Counted from the stretch's first letter, positions 18,443 through 29,795 are shown. The stretch is 64,000 bases of DNA from an uncultured Phycisphaerales bacterium (GCA_963758525.1 CAVWVQ010000003.1:4160001-4224000); one strand, 5' to 3'. Notes: generated by a model from the sequence alone, not told the origin. Program-made: numbers and translations.

Positions 18443-20155
18443 TTACTGGAGGTTCGCGTCTTCCTGCATGACCACATTGTTGTAACGCAGCAGCGTCCCC
18501 TTGGAACGCTCGAGGTGCGCGATCGCGTTGTTATAGTTGCTCAACGCGTTGGCCTCCTCGCGTTGGGCGTCGGCAAGACGCTCCTGCGAATCCAGCTTGA
18601 GCTGCACAAATGTCGGCGTTAACGCCTCGCCGTGTTCCTGCTGTTGCTCGATTGCCAGCAGGGAGTCCGACGCGGCGAAGCGCGCCTGACGCCGCGCGCC
18701 CAGCTCTTCCCAGGTCGTATGCACTTCCCGCAAGGAGGTTTTCACGTCCTGCGAGACCTGCTCGACGAGAAAGCCGTACTGTTCGATGGCCTGTGACCGC
18801 TGCAATTGGGACCGGCGGAAGATCGATCGCGCTTCGCGATTTCCAATTGGCACCTCCAGTTGCAGCCCGATCGAATAGCTGATGTGCCCGTCGCTGAATT
18901 GCTGGCGAATCGCGTTGCCGTCGCTTTCGGAAAGTCCTTGAAGACCAAGGGTGGTCTGCAGATCGAGCTTGGGATACAGGCCGTTCTTGGCCACCAACAT
19001 TGCGGTGTCGGCCGAACTGATGCGGATCTGCTGTTCGCCCAGCTCGTAGCGGTTCTCCAGCGCGGTGTCGATCTGCTCCTTCGGGTCGAACTGAATCAGC
19101 GATTCCAGAGGAAGATCGGAGCTGAGGATGACGACTGCGCCGCTCACGGGGAATTCCGGATCGTTCATCCGGCGTTTCAGATCGTCGGACAGATCCCCGA
19201 GCCGGGCTCTTGCTGCGATCAGCACTGCCTCGCGCGATCTCACGGAAGCGGTCGCCTGCGAAACCTGCACGCGCGATACGTCGCCGCCGGCGACGAAGCG
19301 TTTGATCAGCACGTCGGCGGTGTCGCGGGTGCGGTTGAGAAGCTCCTCCTGAATGATGACTTCCTGCTCGGCCTCCACCAATTGCCAGTAGTCTTTCTCA
19401 ATCTCGGCGATGTTGTCTTCGAGCGCTTTGCGGAAGTCGAGAATGCTGACGCGCTGATCGTTGCGCGCGATCGTGATGCGCGCCCGGTTCACGTCGGCGC
19501 CAAATTCCCGAAGCAACGGCTGGTCCAGTTGCAGCTTGAGCTGATTTTCCCAAAAGGGATTGGTGGTAAACGTCTTCGGCGTGAAGTCGCTGTCCTGCAT
19601 TTGATAGCTGATCGACGCCTGGCCGCCGCTGGCCAACTCCTGCTTCACGCCCGGTTCGATTGTATAGATATCGCCGCGTTCGACATTCAACAGAATGTTC
19701 TTGAGCGGGTTCTCCGGATCGGGGATCAACTGCCCGGCGGTCCGCTGATCGCGGTGCTCGTATTTGAGGTTCGTGAAGAAAATCGGGTCGAAGTGGGCGT
19801 CCGCCTCGATAACCTTGGTCTGGGCGATTGCCGCATCGTATCCGGCGACCTTGACCTCCCGGCTGCTGACGACCGATCGCTGCACGATCTCGCGCAGGCT
19901 CATCCGCACCGTCGGCTCGTTGCCGAGCGGGCGGACTTTGGTGGAGCTGTTGGTGGTTGGCGCCTGTTCTGGCGGCGGGAGTGACTGAAGCGTGGTCGGC
20001 AGCGGCTTCATGGGAAGCGGCTGCAGTTGCGTGGCGCTGCTTCGGTCCGGCTGCTGCAAATCGCGGGGATCAAACGGCGCCGGCTCACTAAGACCGCAGC
20101 CGGCCAAGATTGCCGCGGCAACGGAAAGTCCAGCCATCCTGACTGCTCTGTGCAT
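18443..20155 (-). CDS. TolC family outer membrane efflux protein
   Basis: Lipoprotein signal (ILAGC), two TolC repeats, QPLLR, YPKLDL, LEVPIGNR. Confidence 0.88.
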   Translation of the reverse strand: MHRAVRMAGLSVAAAILAGCGLSEPAPFDPRDLQQPDRSSATQLQPLPMKPLPTTLQSLPPPEQAPTTNSSTKVRPLGNEPTVRMSLREIVQRSVVSSREVKVAGYDAAIAQTKVIEADAHFDPIFFTNLKYEHRDQRTAGQLIPDPENPLKNILLNVERGDIYTIEPGVKQELASGGQASISYQMQDSDFTPKTFTTNPFWENQLKLQLDQPLLREFGADVNRARITIARNDQRVSILDFRKALEDNIAEIEKDYWQLVEAEQEVIIQEELLNRTRDTADVLIKRFVAGGDVSRVQVSQATASVRSREAVLIAARARLGDLSDDLKRRMNDPEFPVSGAVVILSSDLPLESLIQFDPKEQIDTALENRYELGEQQIRISSADTAMLVAKNGLYPKLDLQTTLGLQGLSESDGNAIRQQFSDGHISYSIGLQLEVPIGNREARSIFRRSQLQRSQAIEQYGFLVEQVSQDVKTSLREVHTTWEELGARRQARFAASDSLLAIEQQQEHGEALTPTFVQLKLDSQERLADAQREEANALSNYNNAIAHLERSKGTLLRYNNVVMQEDANLQ

Positions 20156-20457
20156 GCTCCCTCGTTCCGCGCCTCAACGGTGTTCCACATCAAAAGGCGA
20201 ATTATAAGTTGATGCGACGGCTCCGCCAGTCATTCTCGAAGACGAAATACAAAGAAGCGCCGGCAACGCTCATGCGCGCGCCGCACGCCGAGATATCGTC
20301 CATTGCCGTCGCCCAACTGTCATAAATTGGACGCAATCGCCGATCCGATTCAATGACGGCCCTGATCCTTGCCCAGGTCCGATATTTTCCGGGGTTGTCG
20401 ACCTAAGAGGGAAATTCCCGTTGGCGATCTGAAAATCGCTTGTTACTATGCGGATAT

Positions 20458-20871
20458 ATGCCGCCCACCAACGAGCGAAGCAGTTGCAAGTCAATGCAGG
20501 AACTAATCGACGACGTCGGTGTATACCCTGCGTCTGCGTATCAGTTTGTGCAGGATGCTCTGGGTTTTACGGTTCGCAAGGTACACGGTGCGTGTGAAGA
20601 CTGCGATGCGACCGTCAGCCGGCACGTCACCGGGCAGGATCTGTGCGAAGGGGCGCGGGAATACGCGACGAAGCAGTGGGGGATGCTCGCATACACCGTG
20701 CTTCGCCGCTGGAACATCACCCGCACGATCGATCTGGGGCGGATCGTCTTCGCGCTGATCGACATCGGGCAGTTGCAGAGAACCGAAAACGACACCCTCG
20801 ACGATTTCCGCGATGTCTTCGACCTCAAGAAGGCCCTGGAAGCCGAGTATTGCATCGCACTTGGCTCATGA
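20458..20871 (+). CDS. Minf_1886-like conserved PVC protein
   Basis: YPASAYQFV..AL, HVTGQDLC, WGMLA..VL..WNI, DLGRIVFALI. Confidence 0.75.
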   Translation: MPPTNERSSCKSMQELIDDVGVYPASAYQFVQDALGFTVRKVHGACEDCDATVSRHVTGQDLCEGAREYATKQWGMLAYTVLRRWNITRTIDLGRIVFALIDIGQLQRTENDTLDDFRDVFDLKKALEAEYCIALGS

Positions 20872-21086
20872 ACTCCGCCAAGCGATCGGCTGCGCAGCCG
20901 ACTTCTGTTCGGCCCTCCCTCGAACCATTGCCGCCTCTCAAGCCGCGACGTGCGCTGTTCCGCGTCCTCCTGGCAGCGACCGCTCTTTGGATGGTCGCGC
21001 TGCTTTGCATGTATTGGTTCACCGTCCGGCCCCAGCGCATCAACTCACCTGCCGACTTGGCAAATTTTCCAGCGACCAGACCTTGA
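20868..21086 (+). CDS. Small single-TM hypothetical protein
   Basis: ATGA overlap with the previous gene; PLKPRRALFRVLL...WFTV. Confidence 0.55.
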   Translation: MNSAKRSAAQPTSVRPSLEPLPPLKPRRALFRVLLAATALWMVALLCMYWFTVRPQRINSPADLANFPATRP

Positions 21087-22793
21087 TTACGCTTCTCTTT
21101 GAAGCACGCGCCCCTTGGCATCCGCGCGGCCGAGCAAGCCCTTGCGATCGATCAGACTGCTGATCCCTACCAGTATCAGTTCGCCGGCTGTTGCCCAGAG
21201 CCGCAACAGCACGCTGAGAAACGCCAGAAATCCCGCGAGCACTTTTGGATCTGAAAACTTCTGCCGCACCGGGGCGGGGAGTGCCACCTGCATTGCAGCC
21301 ACAAAGACCAACTCGCGCACGCCCAAGCCTCCCGCGCACCAAAATGCGAGAAATCCCGCGCACCATGCCAGGCAATACGCGCCGCCGACGACCCACCACT
21401 TGGTAAATTGCAGGTCCAGCGGCTGGGTCGTGATCATCCAGATGGCCATGCTCTGCCAGAGCAAGCCGAGCATCGCCCAGCCGAGCAGTCCGGCAAGCAC
21501 GCGGAAACGCAGCTTCCGTTCGACCGGCTCCTTCCCCATCTTTCGCAAGATCGCATTGGTGATGCCGTAAAAAACTTTCGGGTGAAGCAGAGCAAGGAGG
21601 ACCGGCGCCAGCAGCGCGACGGACAACAGCCACGCCTGCGCCGTTTCGTGCATCGTTTTGAACCCAAACCACGTCAGACATCCCACGGCCAGCAGCACGT
21701 TGGCCAGCAGAAAAATCGTCAGCTCCAGGATCTGGCTGGTGGAGCAGACCGTCCCCGACACTCCGTACGGACGAACGAGATACACTCGTCCCACTACCTG
21801 CCAGATGACCCCGGGCAGATAACGCGCCAGCTCCGAGGATGACCAGATCCGGGTTGTTGCCGCGATCGGCAGACGGTGCCCCAGCCCGCTGAGGATCCGC
21901 CGCCATGACATCGCGCGGAAGATGAACAAGAACGCGGCAAACATCGCCGACGCCAGCAGCACCAGGCTCCAGTTGGTATGCTCGACACGATCCTTCACCT
22001 GGTCCCACCGCCGATAGACCGGCCGAAGAATCCAGAAGAAGATCGCCAGCGTTAACACCACCCCCGCCCCGCGACGTCCCCATTTCTTCCCGCTGGTCCA
22101 GATGCCGCGCACGGCCTGGCCCCGGTCGAACGCGAAGATTTCCTTGTCGGGCGCGCGGGTCATCGTGCGATCCATCCGCGAGTTCTGCCGCCGCCTTCTC
22201 CTGGGTGGCAGAAGCTCAATCCCATAGCGCCGCAACCACGGCCGCGCCGTCCGCCGCGCCCGCGGCACGGCTGCCAGCGCGCGGTTGAAGAGCAGGATCA
22301 TCGGCGATCCGAAGAGCAGCGTCAGCCCCGTCGCCGCGAGGTAGATCAGCACCAGCAGGCCGCATGTGGCCGGCGAGATGTGATAATTCAGATGAAACGT
22401 TTTGATGACATACGCGATCAGCAGCGTCGGGAGCACCACCGCGAGCACTGCCATTCCCGCCCGAAACACCCGGCTTTCCTCCGGCACCGGCTTGCCGCTC
22501 AGAACGCGTGCCGTGATGCGCCGCTTCCCCGGAAACCAGATCAGCCCGAATCCGATCAGGAACAGAAAAAATCCGATTGGCACCGGCGACAGCAGCCCCG
22601 CCGCCCACGAGCTGATAATCAGAATCCAGCCAAGGATGTTGCGTCCGATGATCCAGCAATAGACCGCCACCAGCGGAGCGCGTCGCCGCGCGGGCAGCGT
22701 TTCGGCTTCGCTTGCCGGGATCGTCTGAGGATGATCGAGCTGATCGGTAGCCATGGTTTGCTGGTCTGACAACTGCCGCCGGCGTTCGCTCAA
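21087..22793 (-). CDS. Lysylphosphatidylglycerol synthase TM-domain (UPF0104/YbhN) membrane protein with extra N-terminal TM domain
   Basis: SWRRIL, LARYLPGVIW, GGLGVRE motifs. Confidence 0.75.
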   Translation of the reverse strand: MSERRRQLSDQQTMATDQLDHPQTIPASEAETLPARRRAPLVAVYCWIIGRNILGWILIISSWAAGLLSPVPIGFFLFLIGFGLIWFPGKRRITARVLSGKPVPEESRVFRAGMAVLAVVLPTLLIAYVIKTFHLNYHISPATCGLLVLIYLAATGLTLLFGSPMILLFNRALAAVPRARRTARPWLRRYGIELLPPRRRRRQNSRMDRTMTRAPDKEIFAFDRGQAVRGIWTSGKKWGRRGAGVVLTLAIFFWILRPVYRRWDQVKDRVEHTNWSLVLLASAMFAAFLFIFRAMSWRRILSGLGHRLPIAATTRIWSSSELARYLPGVIWQVVGRVYLVRPYGVSGTVCSTSQILELTIFLLANVLLAVGCLTWFGFKTMHETAQAWLLSVALLAPVLLALLHPKVFYGITNAILRKMGKEPVERKLRFRVLAGLLGWAMLGLLWQSMAIWMITTQPLDLQFTKWWVVGGAYCLAWCAGFLAFWCAGGLGVRELVFVAAMQVALPAPVRQKFSDPKVLAGFLAFLSVLLRLWATAGELILVGISSLIDRKGLLGRADAKGRVLQREA

Positions 22794-22850
22794 AATGGTG
22801 CGGCGCGATCATACGCGGAATTGGGTCCAAACGGGAAAATGGATCGGGAA

Positions 22851-23030
22851 GAAGGCTCGGAAGAAGGCACGGAGGCACGAAGCGCAGAGAAGACGCGGAA
22901 GAGCGTAACGTCTTGGCATCGCCAACGGTGTCGCCGTAGTTTACCCTTCGCGGCAGCGAACCGGTTCCCCCTTTTCTTCATTTGCAGATTCGCAATTTGC
23001 AATTTGCAATCCCCGATTTGCAACATGCAA
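22851..23030. repeat. Mosaic of GGCACGRA octamers, a GTAGTTTACCCTTCGCGG motif and TTTGCAA heptamers
   Basis: Same modules as at 4234-4461. Confidence 0.65.
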
Positions 23031-23100
23031 CTTCCCGGCATTTCCCGCGACCACATTGCGATGCCTTCCAACTGGCTGGCCCCATCAGTACATTTGGTCA

Positions 23101-23658
23101 ATGCACGACGACATTGAGAAGATCCTGATTTCGGAGGCGACGATCGCCGCGCGAGTGACGGCGCTGGCTGCGCAGATCACCGCCGACCATCTCGCGTCGG
23201 CGGGAGGCGCGGAGTTGATGATCGTTCCGGTCCTCACTGGCGCGATGATCTTCTGCGGCGACCTCATTCGCAAAATTCCCATAGCCATGCGCATCGGTCT
23301 CTGCACCGTCAGCAGCTATCCCGGCCACAGCCTGCGCAGTCAGGGGTCCCAACTGCTCTCCCAACAGCTTGGCGACGTCCGCGGGCGTCACGTTTTGCTC
23401 ATCGAAGATATTCTCGACAGCGGCGGAACCCTCGGCCTCGTCATCCCGCTCCTGCGCGAAATGGCTCCCGCGAGTCTGCGGGTCTGCGTTCTGCTCCGCA
23501 AAGAGCGCCCCGAGGCGCTGTCGGTCAAGGTCGACTACGTCGGATTCAACATCCCCGATGAATTTGTGGTCGGCTACGGCCTCGATTACAACAATTACTA
23601 CCGGAACCTGCCCGACGTCGTGACGCTCAAGCCGCAGGCAATTCGAGCAAAAGCGTGA
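23101..23658 (+). CDS. hpt: Hypoxanthine phosphoribosyltransferase
   Basis: VLTGA, VSSY, PRPP motif VLLIEDILDSGGTL, FVVGYGLDY. Confidence 0.93.
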   Translation: MHDDIEKILISEATIAARVTALAAQITADHLASAGGAELMIVPVLTGAMIFCGDLIRKIPIAMRIGLCTVSSYPGHSLRSQGSQLLSQQLGDVRGRHVLLIEDILDSGGTLGLVIPLLREMAPASLRVCVLLRKERPEALSVKVDYVGFNIPDEFVVGYGLDYNNYYRNLPDVVTLKPQAIRAKA

Positions 23659-24293
23659 TGAAGACCATTCCGCAGTTTCGCAACATCGCATCGCGCCGGC
23701 GCCCGGCGGCGCTCCCCGTTGCGAGGGTTGCCCGTCCTCCCAGCCCGCAGCCGATGCTGTTTCCCATTGAGTCCGCCGCCGTCGCCGCGCCGCTTGCATC
23801 TCCGATGGCAAGCCTTCTGACGCGTCATCTTCTGCGCGACGGAGAGGTGATTCTGCTGGTCCTCAAACCTTCGCTGTGGTTTGTGCTGCTCTCCGCGCTT
23901 CGGTTCATCGCGGCGACGCTGATCGTTGCCATTGCCGCCCGGCTCTGGGCGCATGCTCCCACGCATCTCTGCGCGGAAGGAACAGTGTTGTGCATTGCCG
24001 GCCGGCTGATGCTCGCCACTCTGAATTGGATGGGGCGGTTGTACGTTCTGACCGATCAGCGCGTCCTCCGCATCAGCGGCGTCCTCAGCGTCGACATCTG
24101 CGACTGCCCTTTGCGAAAGGTCGCCCGCACCCGCATTCTCCGCACCTTCCGAGAAAAGATTCTCCGACTCGGGTCAATCGAGATCATTCCCCAGGAAGAA
24201 GAACGTCCCTGTGCCCTATGGCAGACGGTGGCCAGGCCGATTGAAATCAACGAACGATTGATGGAAACGATCCGGCGAGCCAAAGCTGGTTGA
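23655..24293 (+). CDS. Bacterial PH-domain (bPH_2) membrane protein
   Basis: L.DGEVIL...KPS, two TMs, YVLTDQRVLRISG, RLGSIEI. Confidence 0.7.
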   Translation: MMKTIPQFRNIASRRRPAALPVARVARPPSPQPMLFPIESAAVAAPLASPMASLLTRHLLRDGEVILLVLKPSLWFVLLSALRFIAATLIVAIAARLWAHAPTHLCAEGTVLCIAGRLMLATLNWMGRLYVLTDQRVLRISGVLSVDICDCPLRKVARTRILRTFREKILRLGSIEIIPQEEERPCALWQTVARPIEINERLMETIRRAKAG

Positions 24294-24305
24294 AGGACTT
24301 TCCCG

Positions 24306-24416
24306 GTGGCATGGGCGTCCCGCGCGTGTTGGCGATTTTGAAACAGAAAAGAAGCGTTCGATATCCAGGTCATCTCCTGTTCCACGCAGCTAACACGGGC
24401 GGGACGCCCGTGCCAC
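24306..24416. repeat. REPIN-like inverted repeat, family B variant (GTGGCATGGGCGTCCCGC...GCGGGACGCCCGTGCCAC)
   Basis: About 25-bp imperfect inverted arms between convergent genes. Confidence 0.75.
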
Positions 24417-24525
24417 GGGGATACGATCTGAAAATCAGGGAACACGATTACGATAGTTCATCGTTCGTTCTAACATTGCGCAGGTTGCTCGCAGCCGCGG
24501 ATGTACATCCGCGGCTCCTTTTTGC

Positions 24526-25802
24526 CTACGCTCGGACGACGCACGCTGGGCGCCGGCCCGCCCACACGGCGCACGGCTCCGCTTGATTCTCGAGAATTTC
24601 CAGCAACGGCTCGGCGCTGCGAGTCGGGAAAATTGCGATATCCGCGCGGCGGCCAACCATGAGCCGTCCAGACATTTCCTGGCACGCAACCGCCGCGGCC
24701 GCACGCACGGTTGCCATCTCCCAGATCCGCTCCGGCGGAACCTCGGGAGCGAGGTGATGCAGCAGGCGCAGATCATCGACCAGATTCAAATTCGGCGAAC
24801 TGCCCCGGCTGTCAGTTCCCACCGCGACGTTGACCCCGCGAGCCAGCATCTGTCGCCAGCGGTGGGGCGGATGTCCGAAGTATTCGTGCGTTCGTGGACA
24901 ATAGACGACGCTTGCGCGGCCTCGCGCGAGCAGCCGCAATTCATCATCATCGCAGTAATTCACGTGTGCCAACAGAGTTTTGGGGTAATCCAGATATCCG
25001 AGTTCCGCCGCCATGCGGATCGAGCCGCCCGTAAACCTCGGCACCTGCTCGTCCCATCCGCCGATGCGTCCCCACAGCTCGCGCAGCGGGCCGCTGTGGG
25101 CCGCGAGAAACGGTGCTTCGTCGTCGGATTCCGCCAGGTGCGTAGCCACCGGCAACGCGTGCTGACGTGCAACCTCCAGGCAGCGCTGATAGCCGGTGAT
25201 CTCGACCGAATAAGGGGCGTGCGGCGAGATTCCCGTTCGAAGCGTCGGCGATTCGCCGGCACGATTCGCCGCCGTCGCCAGTCGCTCCTCCAGCAGACCG
25301 CGCCGCGCCGCCATCGCAAGCACTTCGCCGTAGCTGACGACCCGCAGAGGCCCGTCGCGCAGCACTTGGCGAGTCAACGTGCAGCGTTGGCTGATATCCC
25401 CGACGCACGTCACCCCAAACCGCAGGCATTCCGCAACGCCTGCCGCAACTGCCTGCCGCACCCGCGCGCGCCCGCTTCCCCTGGCAGCGCCGATTGCTTC
25501 ACCACTTGCCCCAGCCAATCCGCGAGCCCCGGGTTACCCGACGGCGGGCTCAAATCACTCAACTCCAGATGCACGTGCGCATTCACCAGCCCCGGCAACA
25601 TCAGGGCGTCGCCGCATTCTGTCACGGTTGCCCCGGGGAAATCTGCCCGCACCGTCCCCCACGTCCCCACGCCGACGATAAATTCTCCTCGCAAGGCCAC
25701 CGCGCCGTCGCGGATCACAGGCCGATCCATCGGCGCGACCCACATTGCGCGGAGGATCGTTTCCTCCGCCGCGTCCTCTTTCGCAGCTTCGACGAGTGAC
25801 AT
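24526..25802 (-). CDS. Metal-dependent amidohydrolase (nucleoside deaminase-like, e.g. aminodeoxyfutalosine deaminase); frameshift ~25470
   Basis: PGLVNAHVHLE, SPHAPYS, THLAES, AHVN, YCPR, GTDS across two frames. Confidence 0.85.
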
Positions 25803-25879
25803 CCGAAAGTCAGTCTAACCGATTGAGGATTTCAAATTTTAAATCGGGGACTTGAACTCGCGATGAACCCCCGTCTCTC

Positions 25880-25926
25880 AATTCGCAATTTGCAATATTT
25901 GCAATCCCCAATTTGCAATTTGCAAC
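25880..25926. repeat. Heptamer (TTTGCAA)n repeat
   Basis: attcgcaatttgcaatatttgcaatccccaatttgcaatttgcaa. Confidence 0.7.
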
Positions 25927-25936
25927 TCCCAGTGCC

Positions 25937-26605
25937 CTATACGACCTGATCTTCCAGCATATCCGCAGCGAGCAGCTTCGCGGTTTCGCGAGCGCGCGCC
26001 AGCCGCGCTTCAGCAATCCTCCGAACGGCTACGAAATGAAACCCTTCCCGGATGCGCGCCTCCCAGTATCCGTACTGCTCGCGTTTTTGCAGGCCGTCGG
26101 CCAGCAGAGCCAGGCCTTCGCCCTGCCGCGCAAGCGCAATGATCTGATTCACAATTCCAATCACGCCAAAGTCATCGAGGTTGACGGCGTCCGCCAGCAG
26201 CTTGGCTTCATCGAGCATCGGGGAGCGGTGGGGCATTTCGTGCAGGAGGCGCGTCGTTCGGTCCAGCAGTGACTCATCGGTGTTCTGGTCCAGCAGCCCC
26301 ACGAGCATCTCGGCAGCATCCTCGCAACGATCGCGCAGGCTGGCGCGCGCGGGCTTGCCGGTCGCAAGACGCTTGCTCTGACGCAGCGGCAACTGCAGCG
26401 CGTAACAGGCCAGCTCGAGTGCGTCGGCGTCGATAATATTACTGAGCAGGCCGAGCTGCTGAAAGCGCGCGACGCGGCGCCAGATGCGCAGCGCGTCTTC
26501 CCGCAGGCGCGGGCCGACGGTCCCATGATCGTCGACGACGGCCAGGGCCTTTTCCAGGCGCTGAACCAGCTTTGAATCCAGCGACATAGGCATCTGATGC
26601 ATCAA
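25937..26605 (-). CDS. HD-domain-like protein with degenerate HD motif
   Basis: EAKLLADAVNLDDFGVIG resembles the YedJ-type HD C-terminal motif; LELACYALQ sits where L..AALLHD is expected. Confidence 0.55.
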   Translation of the reverse strand: MMHQMPMSLDSKLVQRLEKALAVVDDHGTVGPRLREDALRIWRRVARFQQLGLLSNIIDADALELACYALQLPLRQSKRLATGKPARASLRDRCEDAAEMLVGLLDQNTDESLLDRTTRLLHEMPHRSPMLDEAKLLADAVNLDDFGVIGIVNQIIALARQGEGLALLADGLQKREQYGYWEARIREGFHFVAVRRIAEARLARARETAKLLAADMLEDQVV

Positions 26606-26970
26606 GGGATCGGGTTCGGAGGTGTCGTTATCGGACTTGCTTCACGCCTCAACTAGCGCGCCTCGCGGTGTCGCGCGGTGCGGGCATACGCTTCACCCGC
26701 GGGCGACAGACAACTATGATCGACCTTCAACGCGGCCGGAAAGGAATAATTCATGTACGTCGCCTGAATCGGCGGACGACTGGGCGCGTCTGAGTCAGCG
26801 GGATTTTGCCCAGCTTGCCGTCGATGCGGGATTTGCGGGCTGCGATGCCGGGTTTGAGATCGGCTTCGACGATTGCCGAACACGACAGCAATGCGCCAGT
26901 GCGCTTGAACCCTTCGCGCGTGAATCCGCAGGGCCGTGCGCGACTTTCCGGGATTGTGTAACTTTGCATC

Positions 26971-27026
26971 CTGCAATCTATTTCCCCCTCCCCTGGTGTG
27001 CTCCGGGGGAGGGCTGGGGTGGCGGC
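26971..27026 (+). repeat. REP-like palindrome family C
   Basis: Near match to the reverse complement of 3290-3341. Confidence 0.7.
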
Positions 27027-27085
27027 AGTGCTTTGTGCAAGTGCACTTCGCGTCTTCACGCCTTGCCCTATTGGGGCTCCAAACG

Positions 27086-27153
27086 GTAGGGCGGGATTCA
27101 TCCCGCCGTTTTTCTCAGCCGGCCGACAAATCGGCGGGATAATCCCGCCCTAC
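27086..27153. repeat. REPIN family A (GTAGGGCGGGATTCATCCCGCC...GGCGGGATAATCCCGCCCTAC)
   Basis: Near-identical inverted copy at 44989-45056, including spacer and flank. Confidence 0.85.
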
Positions 27154-27240
27154 TCGGAGCCGATCGCTACCACACCGGCGCCGCCTGACGCGCATGGCCC
27201 GGCTTGGAAACCGGTGCTATGAGAGGTAACGTGCGTTGGT

Positions 27241-28517
27241 ATGAAGGTATTGCTGATCGGAAATGGCGGGCGGGAGCACGCTCTGGCGTGGAAACTGGCC
27301 CAGTCGCCGCGGGTGACGGCGCTCTATGCGCTGCCGGGCAATCCCGGCACGGCACAGTTTGCCGACAACGTGCCGCTGGACGTCATGAACTTCGACAAGA
27401 TCGAGAAGTTCGTCAAGCAGAACGCGATCGGCATGGTCGTCATCGGCCCCGAAGATCCGCTGGCGGCGGGACTGGCCGATCGGATCCTGGCGATGGGCGT
27501 GAAGGTGTTTGGTCCGACCAGGGAGGGGCGCGGATCGAAGCGGACAAGTGGTTCGCGAAGGAAATCATGCGGCATCAGTCGATTCCGACTGCCGAGGCGC
27601 GTTCTTTCACTGATCCGGCAAAAGCGGAGGAATTCCTCAAAGCCCGGGATGAGCCCGTGGTCGTGAAGGCCGCCGGGCTCGCGAAGGGGAAGGGCGTTAC
27701 CGTCTGCTATCGGACTTCCGATGCGATCGAGGCCGTCAATAACGCGATCAAAAAGAAAGCGTTCGGAGACGCCGGCGCTCGCGTGGTGATCGAGGAGATG
27801 TTGCACGGGCCCGAGTGCTCGATTCTGGCTTTCGTGGACCGCCGGTCGATCTACGTGATGGAAACCGCGCAGGATCACAAACCGGTCGAGGACGGGGACA
27901 TTGGCCCGATGACTGGCGGCATGGGGGCCTACTCGCCGACGCCGGTTGTCACCGACGAAATTCTCCACCAGATCGAACGCGACATTCTCGTCCCGGCCGT
28001 CGACGGGCTCGTTCGCGAAGGAATCGACTACAAGGGCATCCTGTACGCGGGCCTGATGCTCACGCCGAACGGGCCGAAGGTGCTGGAGTTCAACTGCCGA
28101 TTCGGGGATCCGGAAACGCAGCCGCTGATGATGCGCCTGCAAAGCGACCTGCTGGAGGTAATGCTTGCCGTCGCCGACGGCAAGCTCGACCAGGTCGAAC
28201 TGAAATGGGATCCGCGCCCGGCGCTGTGCGTCGTCGCAACAGCAGGCGGCTACCCTGGCAAGTACGCGACCGGCCTGCCAATCACCGGCATCGCCGACGC
28301 CGATGCGATGCGCGACGTAAAGGTATTCCAAGCCGGCACCCGGGCGGAGGGCAACGAAATCGTAACAGACGGCGGCCGGGTGCTGAGCGTCGCCGCGCTA
28401 GGCGACACGATCGCCGACGCCAGAAATCGCGCCTACGAGGCAATCAAGAAAATTCATTTCGAAGGAATGCACTTCCGCACAGACATCGGTCATCAGGCGA
28501 TGGGCAGTGAAACGTGA
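27241..28517 (+). CDS. purD: Phosphoribosylamine-glycine ligase; frameshift ~27525 (G-run)
   Basis: GNGGREHAL, GPEDPL, VVKAAGLAKGKGV, QDHK, TGGMGAYSP, EFNCRFGDPE. Confidence 0.95.
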
Positions 28518-28524
28518 CAAAGCC

Positions 28525-28646
28525 GGTGATTGGTGATTGGAACGTGACGGGGGACAATTACTGAAAAGTCGCGAGTTGTAAAACGATCGGACGCGGGCCG
28601 GGCCCGGAACTCGGCCGCCGCACCCGCCGTGGCTTGCCCTTCGCGG
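28525..28646 (+). repeat. Two-motif ~120-nt dispersed element (GGTGATTGGTGATTGGAACGTGACG ... GTGGCTTGCCCTTCGCGG)
   Basis: Same end motifs at 60790-60918 (+) and 62434-62552 (-). Confidence 0.75.
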
Positions 28647-28672
28647 AGCGCCCTCTTACCGCCGCGCCGCTC

Positions 28673-28737
28673 GCATCGGCGGGACGCCGATGCCACGGGG
28701 AAGCTCGCCGAGCAGGGCGGGATTCATCCCGCCGATT
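28673..28737. repeat. Single REP units of families B and A
   Basis: gcatcggcgggacgccgatgccac and gcagggcgggattcatcccgcc. Confidence 0.7.
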
Positions 28738-28781
28738 GACTCAGGCGCGTATCTGCCCGCGACAAAACCAGCCCCGATCAA

Positions 28782-29795
28782 TCACCCCTTCGGCGGCTCT
28801 TTCGCCTTCAACCACGGCATCATCTTGCGGAGTTTGCGGCCCGTGACCTCCACGGGGTGATTGTTGTCGGCTTCGTACAGCCGCTTGAAATTCTTCATTC
28901 CCGATTCGTACTCCGCGCGCCATTCCTTTGCGAACTGGCCGCTGGTGATTTCCGCGAGAATCTTCTTCATCTCGGCTTTGGTCTGGGCGTTCACGATGCG
29001 CGGGCCGCGGGTGAGATCGCCGTACTCGGCGGTGTTGCTGATGCTGTAGCGCATGTAATCGAGGCCGCCCTGATAGATCAGGTCGACGATCAGTTTCACC
29101 TCATGAACGCATTCGAAGTAGGCCATCTCCGGCGGATAGCCGGCTTCGGTGAGCGTCTCGAATCCGGCTTTGATCAGGGCGGAGAGCCCGCCGCAGAGGA
29201 CGGCCTGCTCGCCGAAGAGATCGGTTTCGCATTCGTCCTTAAAGCTGGTTTCGATGATGCCCGACCGCGCGCCACCGATGCCGCGCGCCCAGGCGAGGCC
29301 GATCTCGCGCGCCTTGCCGGTGGCGTTTTGATGGATCGCCAGAAGGCAGGGCACGCCGCCGCCGCGCTCAAATTCGCTGCGAACCAGATGGCCCGGCCCC
29401 TTTGGAGCGATCAGCAGGACATCAACGTCTTTTGGAGGGACGATCGTTTTGAAATGCACATTGAAGCCGTGCGTCGCCCCGAGCGCCTTGCCGGCCTTGA
29501 GATTCGGCGCGATGCTCTTTTCATACACGCCGGGCTGAACTTCGTCGGGGAGCGTGATGATGATCAAATCGCCGGCTTGCACCGCATCGTCGACCGAGAG
29601 CAATTCGAACCCGTGCTCCATGGCAAGCTTGCCGTTGGAACTGTCCTTGCGGTTGGCAACGACGACTTTCACGCCGCTGTCGCGGAGGTTGAGACCGTGA
29701 GCATGGCCTTGCGAGCCGAAGCCGAGGATGGCGACGGTCTTGCCCTTGAGGGCGTCGAGCGGTGCATCTTTCTCATAGATCATGGTGAGCGACAT
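28782..29795 (-). CDS. ilvC: Ketol-acid reductoisomerase
   Basis: [39 protein letters not shown]. Confidence 0.96.
   Translation of the reverse strand: MSLTMIYEKDAPLDALKGKTVAILGFGSQGHAHGLNLRDSGVKVVVANRKDSSNGKLAMEHGFELLSVDDAVQAGDLIIITLPDEVQPGVYEKSIAPNLKAGKALGATHGFNVHFKTIVPPKDVDVLLIAPKGPGHLVRSEFERGGGVPCLLAIHQNATGKAREIGLAWARGIGGARSGIIETSFKDECETDLFGEQAVLCGGLSALIKAGFETLTEAGYPPEMAYFECVHEVKLIVDLIYQGGLDYMRYSISNTAEYGDLTRGPRIVNAQTKAEMKKILAEITSGQFAKEWRAEYESGMKNFKRLYEADNNHPVEVTGRKLRKMMPWLKAKEPPKG

Noticed and set aside
26622..27101. Small ORFs between the HD-like gene and purD
   Set aside because: No motif or clear RBS, and they partly overlap repeats; cannot be supported
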